NCBI GenBank assembly: GCA_963713825.1 | Contig: CAVQNG010000014.1 | Coordinates: forward strand, 96,001 to 160,000 | DNA: 64,000 nt | Direction: 5' to 3' | DNA from: an uncultured Acidobacteriota bacterium | Lineage (GTDB): Bacteria > Acidobacteriota > Thermoanaerobaculia > Multivoradales > JAHEKO01 | Shown: positions 1 through 9,937 of the stretch, one piece after another | How the letters are laid out: each line of letters begins with the position of its first letter | How positions within the stretch are numbered: position 1 is the stretch's first letter | Notes under the pieces: generated by a model | The model's database searches: none | The model's input: only the letters and a program-made list of their open reading frames with translations | What the model was told of the DNA's origin: nothing | Position numbers and translations under genes: made by a program

Positions 1-2575
1 CCGGAAGTACTGTTGCCGGGGGAGCCATCTGGAGCGCACGCAGGGCGAGCATGCGCCCCTCCTCGGTGTCGAAGACCTCGAGGCTCTTGGTCGCCCAGGC
101 GAGTGCGGCGGTCGGATATCTGTCGATCTCGAGCTCGCCCAGGGCCAGCAGGCGACCGGATTCCGCCCGGAGACGTTCCTGCTCAGCCCGATGCCAGAAG
201 CCAGCGACAATGGTCAGACCAACAAGGAGAAGAGTAATGACCGTGGTGACCGCAATTCCTTTCTGCCGCCTGCGGCGCTCAGCAAACGAGGTCATCGCCC
301 TCGCGAAGGCCTCCTCGGTATCCGTCAGTCCACCTGGGTAACGCTCGCGCCAAAGCTCGTACTCCTTGAATGCGTTCCCGGTCCAGAGATAGTCCTCGGA
401 GCGGCGGTGCTCCTCCCAGATCCGGGCCTGGCTGCGAAGCTCGTCGCGAAGCTGTGCTCCTTCGGCGTCTTGTGTCTGCCATCGCACCAGCCGCGGCCAG
501 TTTGAAAGCAGGGACTCGTGGATGATCTCGATGCGGTGGTGCAGCCCACCGCCTTCCTCGTCGGCAGGGACCTCGAAGGAGGTGAGGAGGCGAGCGTCGA
601 TGAGGGTGGACAGGACGCTCGCCGCTGCGCTGCGAGACCCCGCGCCAGCGGTGCCCTGTTTGTCGAAGACCGAGAACAGCTCCTGGCGGTCTCGAGAATC
701 GCGGGTGCCCTCGGCGGTGACGAGATTGCGAAAGATCTCACGCACAATCGGCACGTTGGCTTCGCCGATGTAGTCGAGAGTCGCCTCCGCATGCTGAGCC
801 AGGGCCCCACTCACGCCGCCGATTTGGTGGTAGCTCTTGCGAGTCAGGAGTCCGGTCTCGCGGTCGCGGCGGTCCCAGAGCTGGGCGGCGGCAAACGCGA
901 GCAAGGGCAGGGCACCACGCTGGCCTTCGATCTCGCCCAGCATCTGCTCCACGATTCCTTCGTCCTCGAAGCCGTAGCCGCACCGCAGGGCTGGCTCGAC
1001 CAGAGCCCGCCGCAGAGCTGCCCCGGTCGGAGCACCCAGGAGTGTCAGATCCGTGAGGATAGGCCGCAAGGCCTCGAAGTGATGACAATGGAACAGAAAA
1101 TCATCCCGCATCGAGAGCAGGACGTGAATGTCGACTTCGAGGGGCAATCGACCCAGCACATCGGCGAACGATGACTGTACTATTGCAGTGTTCTGGGTGA
1201 AGAGCTCTTCGAATTGATCGACGATGAGGAGCGCGTGCGTGTGACTTCGACGCCACTCGGTCAGCAACTCGACCGCGACGTCGGGATCCTCGAGGTGTTG
1301 CAGGAGGTAGCTTGCGCTCGGCACATCGCGTAGCTCCACGGGCAGTGCTCGAGCGAGGTGGTCGAACGGTCGGTTCCCTGGAGTCATCACGAGCGCTTGC
1401 CAGCCGTCGATCAGCGTGGGTAGCAAGCCCGCCCTCAGGAAGGAACTTTTTCCAGCACCTGAAGGCCCGATGAGAGCGAGCAGATGAGGCCGCCTAAGCT
1501 TCTTCCACAGCGATTCGATTTCCAGCTCTCTGCCGTAGAAGTGATCCGCATCCTCCTCTTGGAAGGCTGCCAATCCCGGATAGGGGCGGGCCTGTTCGTC
1601 ACCGACGGCTCGTAGAGTCACCTCCTCGAGGGCTCTGGCCAGCTCTGCCGCGCTCGAGAAGCGTTCGCCGGGAGCCGGCGTAGCACACCGACGAATCACG
1701 CGTGACCAGGGGGTCTCGGTCACATGGGGTCCTTCCTGATGGAGTGCCTCCCAGATCGCTTGTCGATCCTCGAAGGTCTTGACCCCATGCGGTTCAACCA
1801 TCTCCGCCAGAAGGATGCCGGCTGAGAAGACATCCGAGCGGGCATCCAGATCGGCGCCCCGGGCTTGCTCGGGGGACATGTAGGGCGGTGTCCCGGCTAC
1901 GAAACCACTTCTGCTGTCGCCAAGGCCTTTGGTGATGCCGAAGTCCATGACGACGACCCGGCCGGTGCGGGTCATCATGACGTTCTCGGGCTTGATGTCG
2001 CGGTGCACGAGGCCGGCATCGTGAATCGCTTCCAGTCCCGCCAGGAACTGCGAGGCGATCTCTCGGGCTTCAACGAGGTCCAGGGGAGAGCGCTCCTCGA
2101 GAATCTCCTGGAGCGTCGTCCCATCGATGTACTCCATCAGCACCAGCTCCTGGCCGTCGAGTTCCTCGAGATCGTAGACGCGGCAGACGTTGGGTGAGAT
2201 CACTCGGCGTGCCGCTCGGACTTCCTTGCGCAGGGCCTCGAGCGCTTCCCTGTTCTGGATCAGCTCGGGGCGCAGTGCTTTCAGTGCCACATCCTGACGG
2301 AGCTTCAGGTCGTAGGCTCTCCAGACGTCACCCATGCCGCCTCGCCCGACAAGCGAGCGAAAACGGTAGCGACCGCCGAGGACTCGGCCTTCCTGGAAGG
2401 TGTCGCCTGGAGGGAGGTGCTCTCGGTCTACTTCCGACTCCGCCAACACCTCGGCCTCGATAGAGGTGTCGTCGAGTGCCATCGAAAGAAGGCAGCTCGG
2501 GCACAGTCCTTCGCTACCACCCTTCCTCGAAAGGGGTACCCCACATGTCGGGCACTGGACCGATGCGGCCTTCAT
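1..2575 (-). CDS. Ser/Thr protein kinase fused to an nSTAND1-type NTPase and TM helix (3' end runs off the window)
   Basis: Missing from the ORF track because it has no stop in the window; translated manually from the ATG at 2575. N-terminal CPTC..CPSC; kinase motifs [27 protein letters not shown]; [13 protein letters not shown]; Walker A GPSGAGKS; Walker B LIVDQFEE; IHESLL..WPRL; then a hydrophobic helix. Confidence 0.9.
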   Translation of the reverse strand, partial: MKAASVQCPTCGVPLSRKGGSEGLCPSCLLSMALDDTSIEAEVLAESEVDREHLPPGDTFQEGRVLGGRYRFRSLVGRGGMGDVWRAYDLKLRQDVALKALRPELIQNREALEALRKEVRAARRVISPNVCRVYDLEELDGQELVLMEYIDGTTLQEILEERSPLDLVEAREIASQFLAGLEAIHDAGLVHRDIKPENVMMTRTGRVVVMDFGITKGLGDSRSGFVAGTPPYMSPEQARGADLDARSDVFSAGILLAEMVEPHGVKTFEDRQAIWEALHQEGPHVTETPWSRVIRRCATPAPGERFSSAAELARALEEVTLRAVGDEQARPYPGLAAFQEEDADHFYGRELEIESLWKKLRRPHLLALIGPSGAGKSSFLRAGLLPTLIDGWQALVMTPGNRPFDHLARALPVELRDVPSASYLLQHLEDPDVAVELLTEWRRSHTHALLIVDQFEELFTQNTAIVQSSFADVLGRLPLEVDIHVLLSMRDDFLFHCHHFEALRPILTDLTLLGAPTGAALRRALVEPALRCGYGFEDEGIVEQMLGEIEGQRGALPLLAFAAAQLWDRRDRETGLLTRKSYHQIGGVSGALAQHAEATLDYIGEANVPIVREIFRNLVTAEGTRDSRDRQELFSVFDKQGTAGAGSRSAAASVLSTLIDARLLTSFEVPADEEGGGLHHRIEIIHESLLSNWPRLVRWQTQDAEGAQLRDELRSQARIWEEHRRSEDYLWTGNAFKEYELWRERYPGGLTDTEEAFARAMTSFAERRRRQKGIAVTTVITLLLVGLTIVAGFWHRAEQERLRAESGRLLALGELEIDRYPTAALAWATKSLEVFDTEEGRMLALRALQMAPPATVLP

Positions 2576-2652
2576 GGTCTCTCTCCCATCCTCGGCCGTG
2601 GGCATCCACGGTCGTCAGGCTCGAGAGAAATAGACCGAAGCCAGGCTAGGTG

Positions 2653-3381
2653 TTACTTCACTTGGCCTGACTGGGGTTTCACGACTTCCAGGAGATGCCG
2701 AATCTCATCATCGACATCATCGGGGTCGGCGACGATCTCTGATATTTCGGTGCGCAGGCACTGGCCGAAGCGCTTTCGAAGGCGGTGGACGGCGGTTCTC
2801 ACCGCCCCTTCGTTCATACCCAGGGCATGGGCGACCTGGTTGTAGGGTGCCTGAGGCTCCGCGCTGGTCAGGTACTGCCTGAGCAGTTCGAATTGGTTCG
2901 GATCGCCGTAGGCATTTGACTGATCGCGTAGGCGATCCATAGCGCGGTCGAGTACAGTCAACGCCCAACCCTCCTCGAAGACTTCCTCCGGTGTGCGACT
3001 GGCAGGCTCGCCCTCGTAGAACTCCTCAGCGACGTCGGTGGCCAGAGACAGTACCCGGGTCCTGCCACCACGCTTGAGAGTTCGGTCCCGTCTTCGCTCG
3101 TGTGCGAGGAAGTGACGGAGAGATGCCAGCAGGAAGGAGCGAAATCGACCTTTCGACGGATCGACGTTAGCCAGGAGATCCTTCTCCATGAGCTCTGTGA
3201 AGAAGCCTTGCGTCAAATCCATGGCTTCGTCGGGACTCGAGCCATGGTGCCGGATATAGGCGTAGAGGGGCTGCCAGTAGGTCTGGCAGAGGCTTTCCAG
3301 GGCCGCCCGCGCTTCCGTGTCGGAACCGTCTCTGGCGGCGAGTACCTGGCTCCACTGAGTCGTGGCCACCTTGCCGCTCAT
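2653..3381 (-). CDS. ECF sigma-70 factor, kinase-associated type
   Basis: TTQWSQV N-terminus; region 2 (YWQPLYAYIR, DLTQGFF, GRFRSFL); region 4 HTH (YNQVAHALGMNEGAVRTAVHRLRKR); lies directly upstream of the kinase. Confidence 0.88.
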   Translation of the reverse strand: MSGKVATTQWSQVLAARDGSDTEARAALESLCQTYWQPLYAYIRHHGSSPDEAMDLTQGFFTELMEKDLLANVDPSKGRFRSFLLASLRHFLAHERRRDRTLKRGGRTRVLSLATDVAEEFYEGEPASRTPEEVFEEGWALTVLDRAMDRLRDQSNAYGDPNQFELLRQYLTSAEPQAPYNQVAHALGMNEGAVRTAVHRLRKRFGQCLRTEISEIVADPDDVDDEIRHLLEVVKPQSGQVK

Positions 3382-3700
3382 GCTCCCTCCCGTAGGAGCA
3401 ACCGAAACAACAGTCTGGACGAGCTCGCACCGCGAGGCCGTCCGCAGAGTCAGCTTGGTTCTTCGGACCCGTCAAGAGTACAGGAAGTCCTTTCAAGAAG
3501 CACTACCTGTCGAGGTAGGAATAGGTACGTCCTTGCACCGACAAGGGGGTGACCGATGGTTCTAGTTGCTCGGAGCAGCGCCGGCGGTAGCGGCCTCGTG
3601 GTCTAGTGCCATGTTGGTGACGTAGGTTGTGGTTGACAATTCCGGATCATGGCACTGCCGCCGCTACCGCCAGTGTACTCGTGAGTGAATGCCCGCCGCC

Positions 3701-4648
3701 TCAGTCGGAGGGTGATCGACAATCGCCGTCAAGAGGCTTCACGTCAGCGTCGTGTACAGAGAAACAGCTTGGCGTGGTGGCCCCTGCCACAGCACCATCC
3801 AGCTGCGAATGGAGCAGGGACGCGACCCCGTAGTTGCAGATCCCTCCCCTGATCTCCGAGCTTCGGACTGTCATTGAGCCAAGGGTCCCAACTGTAATCG
3901 CACAGGCTTCTCCGAGAACTGAAGTCCGCTGCAGCCCAGTCAGGCCGTAGCCCAGGATGCCTTGTGATCCTGGGCCGTCGGCAACGATTATCGAGTTCCT
4001 GACTTCGAGAACTGACTCGGCTGAAAAAGCGACGATGCCGTAGGAGCCGCGTTCATCGCTTGTGGCCAGCAGCGTGACGCCATCTAGGACCGCCGTTGAT
4101 CTGGCGATTCTGATACCAGAGCCCCAGCCTGAGGTCGGAGCGATCTCAATCGTCACATGCTTGAGGTATGTTGGTCCCGCGTACCAGATTTCGATACCCC
4201 GTGGTTCGTGGCCCGAGGCTCTGATCGTGACGTCAGAAACGGATGCGGATTGACCGGAGCCTACCCACAGGACCCTCTCGCAGGAAGCGGCACCTTCGAG
4301 GGTGAGTGATCGGAGCTCCGCGTGACTGGAACCGCTGATGGCGTAGTCTCTACCTGAGACGATTTTCGTCAATGCCTCGCCTGCGCCCTCAATGTCAACG
4401 AAAGGCTTCATGTCGATTTGTTCTTCATAGACCCCGGGTGCCACGTACACCAGATAGGGGTTGTCCTCCGTCGCATCTGTGATGCTGTCGAGTGCCGCTT
4501 GTATGGAGTGGAAGGCTGCACCGTTCTTTGCTACCTGGATGATGTTGTTCGTGCCGCCCCACTTGTTCCAGAGCTGTCCTTCGACCGTCGCGGCACGGAG
4601 GAGCAGCAGAGTAATGACGATCCCTGTCCTCAGTCGATGGTGAATCAT
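3701..4648 (-). CDS. Secreted right-handed beta-helix (pectin lyase-like fold) protein
   Basis: Signal peptide; VAKNGAAFHSIQAALDSI..YLVYVAPGVYEE cap motif; repeated G-I / V-T-I strands. Confidence 0.65.
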   Translation of the reverse strand: MIHHRLRTGIVITLLLLRAATVEGQLWNKWGGTNNIIQVAKNGAAFHSIQAALDSITDATEDNPYLVYVAPGVYEEQIDMKPFVDIEGAGEALTKIVSGRDYAISGSSHAELRSLTLEGAASCERVLWVGSGQSASVSDVTIRASGHEPRGIEIWYAGPTYLKHVTIEIAPTSGWGSGIRIARSTAVLDGVTLLATSDERGSYGIVAFSAESVLEVRNSIIVADGPGSQGILGYGLTGLQRTSVLGEACAITVGTLGSMTVRSSEIRGGICNYGVASLLHSQLDGAVAGATTPSCFSVHDADVKPLDGDCRSPSD

Positions 4649-4708
4649 GATCTGTCCTCCTTCGCTGTGATCGGTGCTGATTGGGCACGACGAGATAAGC
4701 TAGCATCC

Positions 4709-5668
4709 TCACTCGAGAATTGGCTGACAATGCTCGTCCAGAGCGCTCATTTTGGGGCCGCAGGTGGAGAAGCAGGAGACACTGTCCCCAGACACATGAT
4801 CCGTGAGCTCCGAGTGGGAGATTGCAACGTCCTCCCCGAGCCCGGTGGCAATCGCTCCACTGATCTCTGAATGCTTTATCTTCAGCGCCCCATAAGACCC
4901 GACGGCCCAGCTGTCTCCAGCAACCGTCACATGCTTCAGAACGGCCGACGAGCCTCCGGCGAAGACGCTGATGGACGCCGGTTCACCCTCGACGACAATG
5001 CTCGAATTCGTCATCTCGAAGTCGTCCCGAAGGTAAACACCGGTGTTGGTGCATTCGTCATTCGCAACCAGCATCGAGAGGTCGTCAAACAGCAGAACAG
5101 GCGTGCAGCCCAACATGCATCTGCCAAGAATGCCGTTGCCACGACACAGGCCTGACTCCGGAGTTGGGACTACCGCTACCGTCACGTCCTTCAGAGTCAG
5201 ATCTCCGCAACAGGTACCAATGCCGGTGGCCCATCTGCCGGACGCCTTGATGGTGACGTGAGTGATCTTCAGAGCAGCCCGGTTGTCGATCGCGGTGCAG
5301 CTGTCGATTCCGGTGCATTCAACAGTCAGCGATCGCAGCGCCGCGTCGGCGCCCTTGAGGGTTCTTGGCCCCGCGGAGACAATCCTCGTAAGGTGCTCGC
5401 CGGCGCCCTCGATGTCCACGAAGTGCTTCATGACGACCCGCCCTGCGTAGACTCCGGGTGCTACGTACACCAGATAGGGGTTGTCTTCACTTGCATCCGT
5501 GATGCTGTCCAGGGCGGCTTGAATGGAGCGAAAACCCCGGCCGCTCTTGGCGACGATGACGATTTGATCGGTCATGCCCAATCGGTTCACCAGCTGCCCA
5601 TCGGCGTTCAGGGCGCCGAGCAGCAGCAAGACAGTGAAAGCTACGATGAGTGATCTGTTCTGGGTCAT
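4709..5668 (-). CDS. Secreted right-handed beta-helix protein, paralog of 3701-4648
   Basis: ATG at 5668 with AGGAGG RBS; signal peptide; SIQAALDSITDASEDNPYLVYVAPGVY nearly identical to the neighbour. Confidence 0.65.
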   Translation of the reverse strand: MTQNRSLIVAFTVLLLLGALNADGQLVNRLGMTDQIVIVAKSGRGFRSIQAALDSITDASEDNPYLVYVAPGVYAGRVVMKHFVDIEGAGEHLTRIVSAGPRTLKGADAALRSLTVECTGIDSCTAIDNRAALKITHVTIKASGRWATGIGTCCGDLTLKDVTVAVVPTPESGLCRGNGILGRCMLGCTPVLLFDDLSMLVANDECTNTGVYLRDDFEMTNSSIVVEGEPASISVFAGGSSAVLKHVTVAGDSWAVGSYGALKIKHSEISGAIATGLGEDVAISHSELTDHVSGDSVSCFSTCGPKMSALDEHCQPILE

Positions 5669-6016
5669 ATTGGCCCTCCTTCCTGGTCGTCCACTAGAAG
5701 AAGGCCGCAACCAACAGATTCGTTACACCCCGGTCAACGAAGTTGCCCCGCGGACCAACGCACTGGAAGCAAGTGCGCGCCACCACGAACAATCGCGCCG
5801 GCTCATCGGGTCAGACAGATCGAGAGGCGAGGACAGAAGTCCTCTTCGGGACTCTAGTTCGGGCGAAGTCGGCACCGAACCGGTCCTGTGGAGCTTCCTG
5901 GAAGGGTCGGCGGCGCAGCAGAACCGCCGGCTGGCTCAGGGCTTGGGGGATGGAGCCGTTTCCCGAAGTTTCCGTTCAGCGAGGGTGAGAAGGGAAGTTC
6001 AAGATCGGAATCGAGA

Positions 6017-6418
6017 TCACCGTTTCCGCAGGACGCTCTCGAGGCTCCAGATCCCAGACCCCTTGGTGGCGATGTACAGAAACAGGAACGCGTAGAGGGC
6101 AGCCAGCTCTCCCCGATTCTGGATGGGAAGGGGACCTTGGGGTTGGTGCACGAGGAAGTAGGCGAAAGCCATCAGACCGCTGGCGAGAAATGCAGCCCAG
6201 CTCGTCCCGATACCCAGCAGGATGGCAAGTCCACCAACCAGCTCGATGATGCCAGCCACCCCTCCTCGTGACACGAGCTCGACCGTTCCGCCGTCTCCGC
6301 CCGCCCCGCCGAATAGGCCGAGGAGCTTCTGCGCACCATGGCAAAGAAAGAGAAATCCAGCCACGATCCGCAGCATCGCATAGGTCTGGTCCGAGTACTT
6401 TCCGAGGAATCTCTTCAT
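6017..6418 (-). CDS. DoxX family membrane protein
   Basis: LRIVAGFLFLCHGAQKL, IELVGG, MAFAYFLVH, NRGELAALY, GSGIWSL; start at MKRFLG. Confidence 0.88.
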   Translation of the reverse strand: MKRFLGKYSDQTYAMLRIVAGFLFLCHGAQKLLGLFGGAGGDGGTVELVSRGGVAGIIELVGGLAILLGIGTSWAAFLASGLMAFAYFLVHQPQGPLPIQNRGELAALYAFLFLYIATKGSGIWSLESVLRKR

Positions 6419-6536
6419 TTTCGACTCCCTGATCTCTTCTACTCCTACCTTGTTAAAGTCCGCCCCCAGTTTCCCATAAGTGACCGGGAGGTCCAACCAG
6501 TTGCTGCTCAACCGAATGGTGTGAAGAGGTCTCGAC

Positions 6537-6627
6537 TGGCGCGCCGGCAGGGACTCGCTCCTGGGTGTGGTGGGCGGGTGTGGACGGCGACCAAAGGGAG
6601 CCACACCCTGAACCCCCAGATTCGAAG
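6537..6627 (-). repeat. Degenerate tRNA-Arg 3' copy (att remnant) interrupted by a 47-nt insert
   Basis: 6537-6557 is identical to 17252-17272; 6606-6627 matches the following tRNA segment at 20/22. Confidence 0.8.
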
Positions 6628-6826
6628 GTGCGATGCTGAAGCCTGTGAAGCAGTGAGACCGGAGATCGTCGGGTCCACGGCTACCACTGGACCATCTCGA
6701 TCGCACTCCTCCCTGGTATATCTGCAAGGAATCCGTGGATCGCGAAGATGACGTAGGGGCCGAGCTCAATCGGGCCTCGACAGCGAAATTGGCGCTGGCG
6801 ATCGAAAATCTACGTTGACAGCCGTG

Positions 6827-9800
6827 TCAGGCGATCGCCTGCTGGTCGGGACTTTCGTCGGCCCACTTTCGTTTCGATGCCCGGGATAGTGCCACCCAAT
6901 TGGCGACCGTCGAGTAGGTCACGGGAATCAATATCAGGGTAACCAGAGTCGAAGCCAGCAGCCCGCCGATGACGACGCGGGCAAGCGAAGCCTGAATCTC
7001 GCCGCCCACACCGAGGCCCAGGGCGAGGGGTACCAGGCCGAGCACGGTGGTCGCAGTGGTGATAAGGATGGGTCGGAGCCGCAATCGACCCGCCTCGATG
7101 ATCGCATCGGCAGCACCCATCTGGCGCTCGCGCCGGAGCAGGTTGATGGCATCGACCAACACGATGGCGTTGTTGACCACGATGCCGATCAGCATGACCA
7201 GCCCCATGACACTCTGGATGTTGAGAGTGGTTCCGGTCAGCAACAAAGTGGGCACCACCCCGATGAGAGCCATTGGCACCGCGAGCATGACGATAAGTGG
7301 ATCGAAGAAGCGCTCGAACTGGGCGGCCATCAGCATATAGACCAGCACCAGCGCCATGATGATGGCGATGGTGAAGTCGCGCCGAGCCGCGATCTGCTCT
7401 TCGTACTGCCCCCCATAGAGAATCGTGAAACCGCTCGGTAGCTCGAGACCTGCGAGGGCGGCTCGCACCCCTTCGACCGCATCGCCGAGGGCGACACCGC
7501 TCTCGAGATTGGCGGTCACGTAGGTGACCCGCTGCCCGTCGACACGATCGATCTCCACCGGTCCACGGCCGCGCTGTCGCTCGACCAAGCTGGAGAGTGC
7601 CACCACGGCGCCCTGCGGTGTTCGCAGGGTGACGCCGTCGAGGTCCTGGGAGATCTGTCGGTCTTGTCGTCGCAACCGGACGGTGATCGGGAATTCGTAG
7701 CCTGCCTCACGGTAGCGGCCGGCTTCGATGCCGGCAACGTTGGCCAACAGGGTCTGGCCGACTTCGCGCACCGACAGTCCCAATTCGGAGATCCGCTCGC
7801 GATCGAGAATCAGCCGCTCCTCGGGTCGTCCTTCGCGGCGGCTGACACGAACGTCGGTCACGCCGGGCACCGCTTCCATGCGCCGTCGCATATCAGCGGC
7901 GATGCGGTCGGCTCGGTCCAGCTCCCAGCCACGAAGCTCGAGCTCCAGGGCATCGCTGCCGCCCCCCGAGCTGAAGACTCGATTGAGCATCCAGAGTCCT
8001 TGTTGTGCCTCGACCTCCAGCAGTCCCCCTGGCACCCGCCCATCGACCTCGCGACGCACCAGATCCGCCAGCTCGGAGCTCGCCAACTGACGCTGGTTCT
8101 GTGACTCCAGCTTGAGCTCCACGGCGGCATTGTCGCCTCGAATCTCGGTCGAAAAAAGGCGAACGTCGCCAGCCGGTACGACGGCTCGCACCCTGTCTTC
8201 GAGCTCATCGGTGTAGGCGCGGGCGACCGCGATATTGGTGCCACGCTCCATTTCGAGCTGAATGTCGATCTCGTCGGCTTCCGTTTGGGGTGCGAGCTCG
8301 ACCGGGATCAGGGGCCAGGCGGCGATAGCCAGAGCCAGAGCCAAACCGGTCAAGGCAAAAACGCGTCCGCGATGCCTCATGGCGAATCGCAGCCGATCGG
8401 TGTACCAGCTCTCGAGCCTGCGCTGTAGGCGATGGTGTGGTGATCTTTCCAATTCCTCGCGTGGTGGCAGATGGAGAAACCGCGATGCAAGCATCGGCAC
8501 CAGTGTCAACGCGACAAACAGCGAGCAGATGAGTGCAAAGACAACGACCAGGGCGAGAGCTTGAAAAAGCGCTCCGGTGGTCGTGCGGGTGAAAACGACA
8601 GGCACGAAGATCACGCAGGTGGTCAGCGTCGACGCGGTGATGGCGCCGGCCACGTCACGAGTTCCTATTCGGGCCGCTTCCGGCGGCGGCAGATCCTCTT
8701 CCTCGCGCTTGCGGACGATGCTCTCCAGAACCACGATGGCGCTGTCGACGATCAGTCCGACCCCGAGGGCGAGACCGCCGAAGGTCATCTGATTGAGGGT
8801 CTGACCGCCGAAGAAGAGAAGTGCGAAGGTAGCAATCACCGAAATCGGGATCGCCAGTGTGATGATCAGTGTGCTCGAACGGTTGCGCAGGAAGAGGTAC
8901 AAGACGCCGATGGCGAGAAAGGACCCCCAGATCGCTGATCTCTGGACGTTGCCAATCGACTGTCGGATGAAATCGCTCTGGTCGACGACGACGGTCAGCT
9001 GGATATCGTCACGCTCCTGGTTGATCAGCTCCGCTTCGTGCCGAACGGCCCGTGCAACCTCCACGGTGTTGCCACCACTCTGCTTCTGGATTCCGAGACT
9101 GATCGAGGGAACACCGTTCATCTCGACGAGGTAGCGCACGTCCTCGTAGGCGTCGCGCACTTCGCCGATATCCCGCACGCGCACCGGTCGACCGCCAGGA
9201 GTGGCGACCACGGTGAGGGCGATCTCCTCGAGGGACCGATACTCCCCGAGGCTGCGGATATAGAGGTCGTTGAAACCGCTTTTCACCGTGCCGGTTGGGA
9301 GCGTCACATTCTCCCGCGCCAAGGCTCGCTCGACATCGAGTGCGGTCAGACCCGTCGCCTGCAGGCGGTCGCGGTCGAGCTCGACCCGGATCTCGCGATA
9401 GACGCCTCCACGAATGTCGATGGCGCCCACACCGGGGATTTGTTCGAACCGGCGGGCCAACTCATCCTCGAGCAGTCGCGTCACCTCTTCGAGGTCACGC
9501 GTCGAGGTTACAGCCAGGCTCACCACCTCGACGCGGTCGAGGTCGAGCTTGAAAACGCGCGGCGCAGAGGCCTCCACAGGCAGGTCATCCCGCAATCCGT
9601 CGAGGGCTGCTCGCAGGTCGTTGGCCGCTTCGTCGATACTCGTACCGCGAGCAAACTCGAGCCTGACCCGGCTGCTGCCCTCTTCAGACTGAGAAGTCAC
9701 CCTCTCCAAGTTGGGTAGCCCGGCGACGGCGTTCTCGATCCGGTCGGTAATGATCTGCTCGACTTCCTCTGGACCGACATTCGGATAGCCGACCCGCACG

Positions 9801-9937
9801 GTCAGTTGGGTGAATTCCACTTTCGGCAGCAGGTCGATCGGCAGACTGCGGAACGAGACGATCCCGACGACGATCAGCATGAGAAAGACCATCGTCGTGG
9901 CGACAGGCCGGTGGATGGAGACCTCGGTCAAGCGCAT
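6827..9937 (-). CDS. RND efflux permease (AcrB/AcrD/AcrF family)
   Basis: RPVATTM, GLIVDSAIVVLESI, GIVVNNAIVLVD, RLRPILITT; 1036 aa. Confidence 0.95.
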   Translation of the reverse strand: MRLTEVSIHRPVATTMVFLMLIVVGIVSFRSLPIDLLPKVEFTQLTVRVGYPNVGPEEVEQIITDRIENAVAGLPNLERVTSQSEEGSSRVRLEFARGTSIDEAANDLRAALDGLRDDLPVEASAPRVFKLDLDRVEVVSLAVTSTRDLEEVTRLLEDELARRFEQIPGVGAIDIRGGVYREIRVELDRDRLQATGLTALDVERALARENVTLPTGTVKSGFNDLYIRSLGEYRSLEEIALTVVATPGGRPVRVRDIGEVRDAYEDVRYLVEMNGVPSISLGIQKQSGGNTVEVARAVRHEAELINQERDDIQLTVVVDQSDFIRQSIGNVQRSAIWGSFLAIGVLYLFLRNRSSTLIITLAIPISVIATFALLFFGGQTLNQMTFGGLALGVGLIVDSAIVVLESIVRKREEEDLPPPEAARIGTRDVAGAITASTLTTCVIFVPVVFTRTTTGALFQALALVVVFALICSLFVALTLVPMLASRFLHLPPREELERSPHHRLQRRLESWYTDRLRFAMRHRGRVFALTGLALALAIAAWPLIPVELAPQTEADEIDIQLEMERGTNIAVARAYTDELEDRVRAVVPAGDVRLFSTEIRGDNAAVELKLESQNQRQLASSELADLVRREVDGRVPGGLLEVEAQQGLWMLNRVFSSGGGSDALELELRGWELDRADRIAADMRRRMEAVPGVTDVRVSRREGRPEERLILDRERISELGLSVREVGQTLLANVAGIEAGRYREAGYEFPITVRLRRQDRQISQDLDGVTLRTPQGAVVALSSLVERQRGRGPVEIDRVDGQRVTYVTANLESGVALGDAVEGVRAALAGLELPSGFTILYGGQYEEQIAARRDFTIAIIMALVLVYMLMAAQFERFFDPLIVMLAVPMALIGVVPTLLLTGTTLNIQSVMGLVMLIGIVVNNAIVLVDAINLLRRERQMGAADAIIEAGRLRLRPILITTATTVLGLVPLALGLGVGGEIQASLARVVIGGLLASTLVTLILIPVTYSTVANWVALSRASKRKWADESPDQQAIA

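Noticed and set aside
3606-3657. AGTGCCATG...CATGGCACT inverted repeat upstream of the ECF gene
   Set aside because: 9-bp arms with a long loop and no further support; could be chance.
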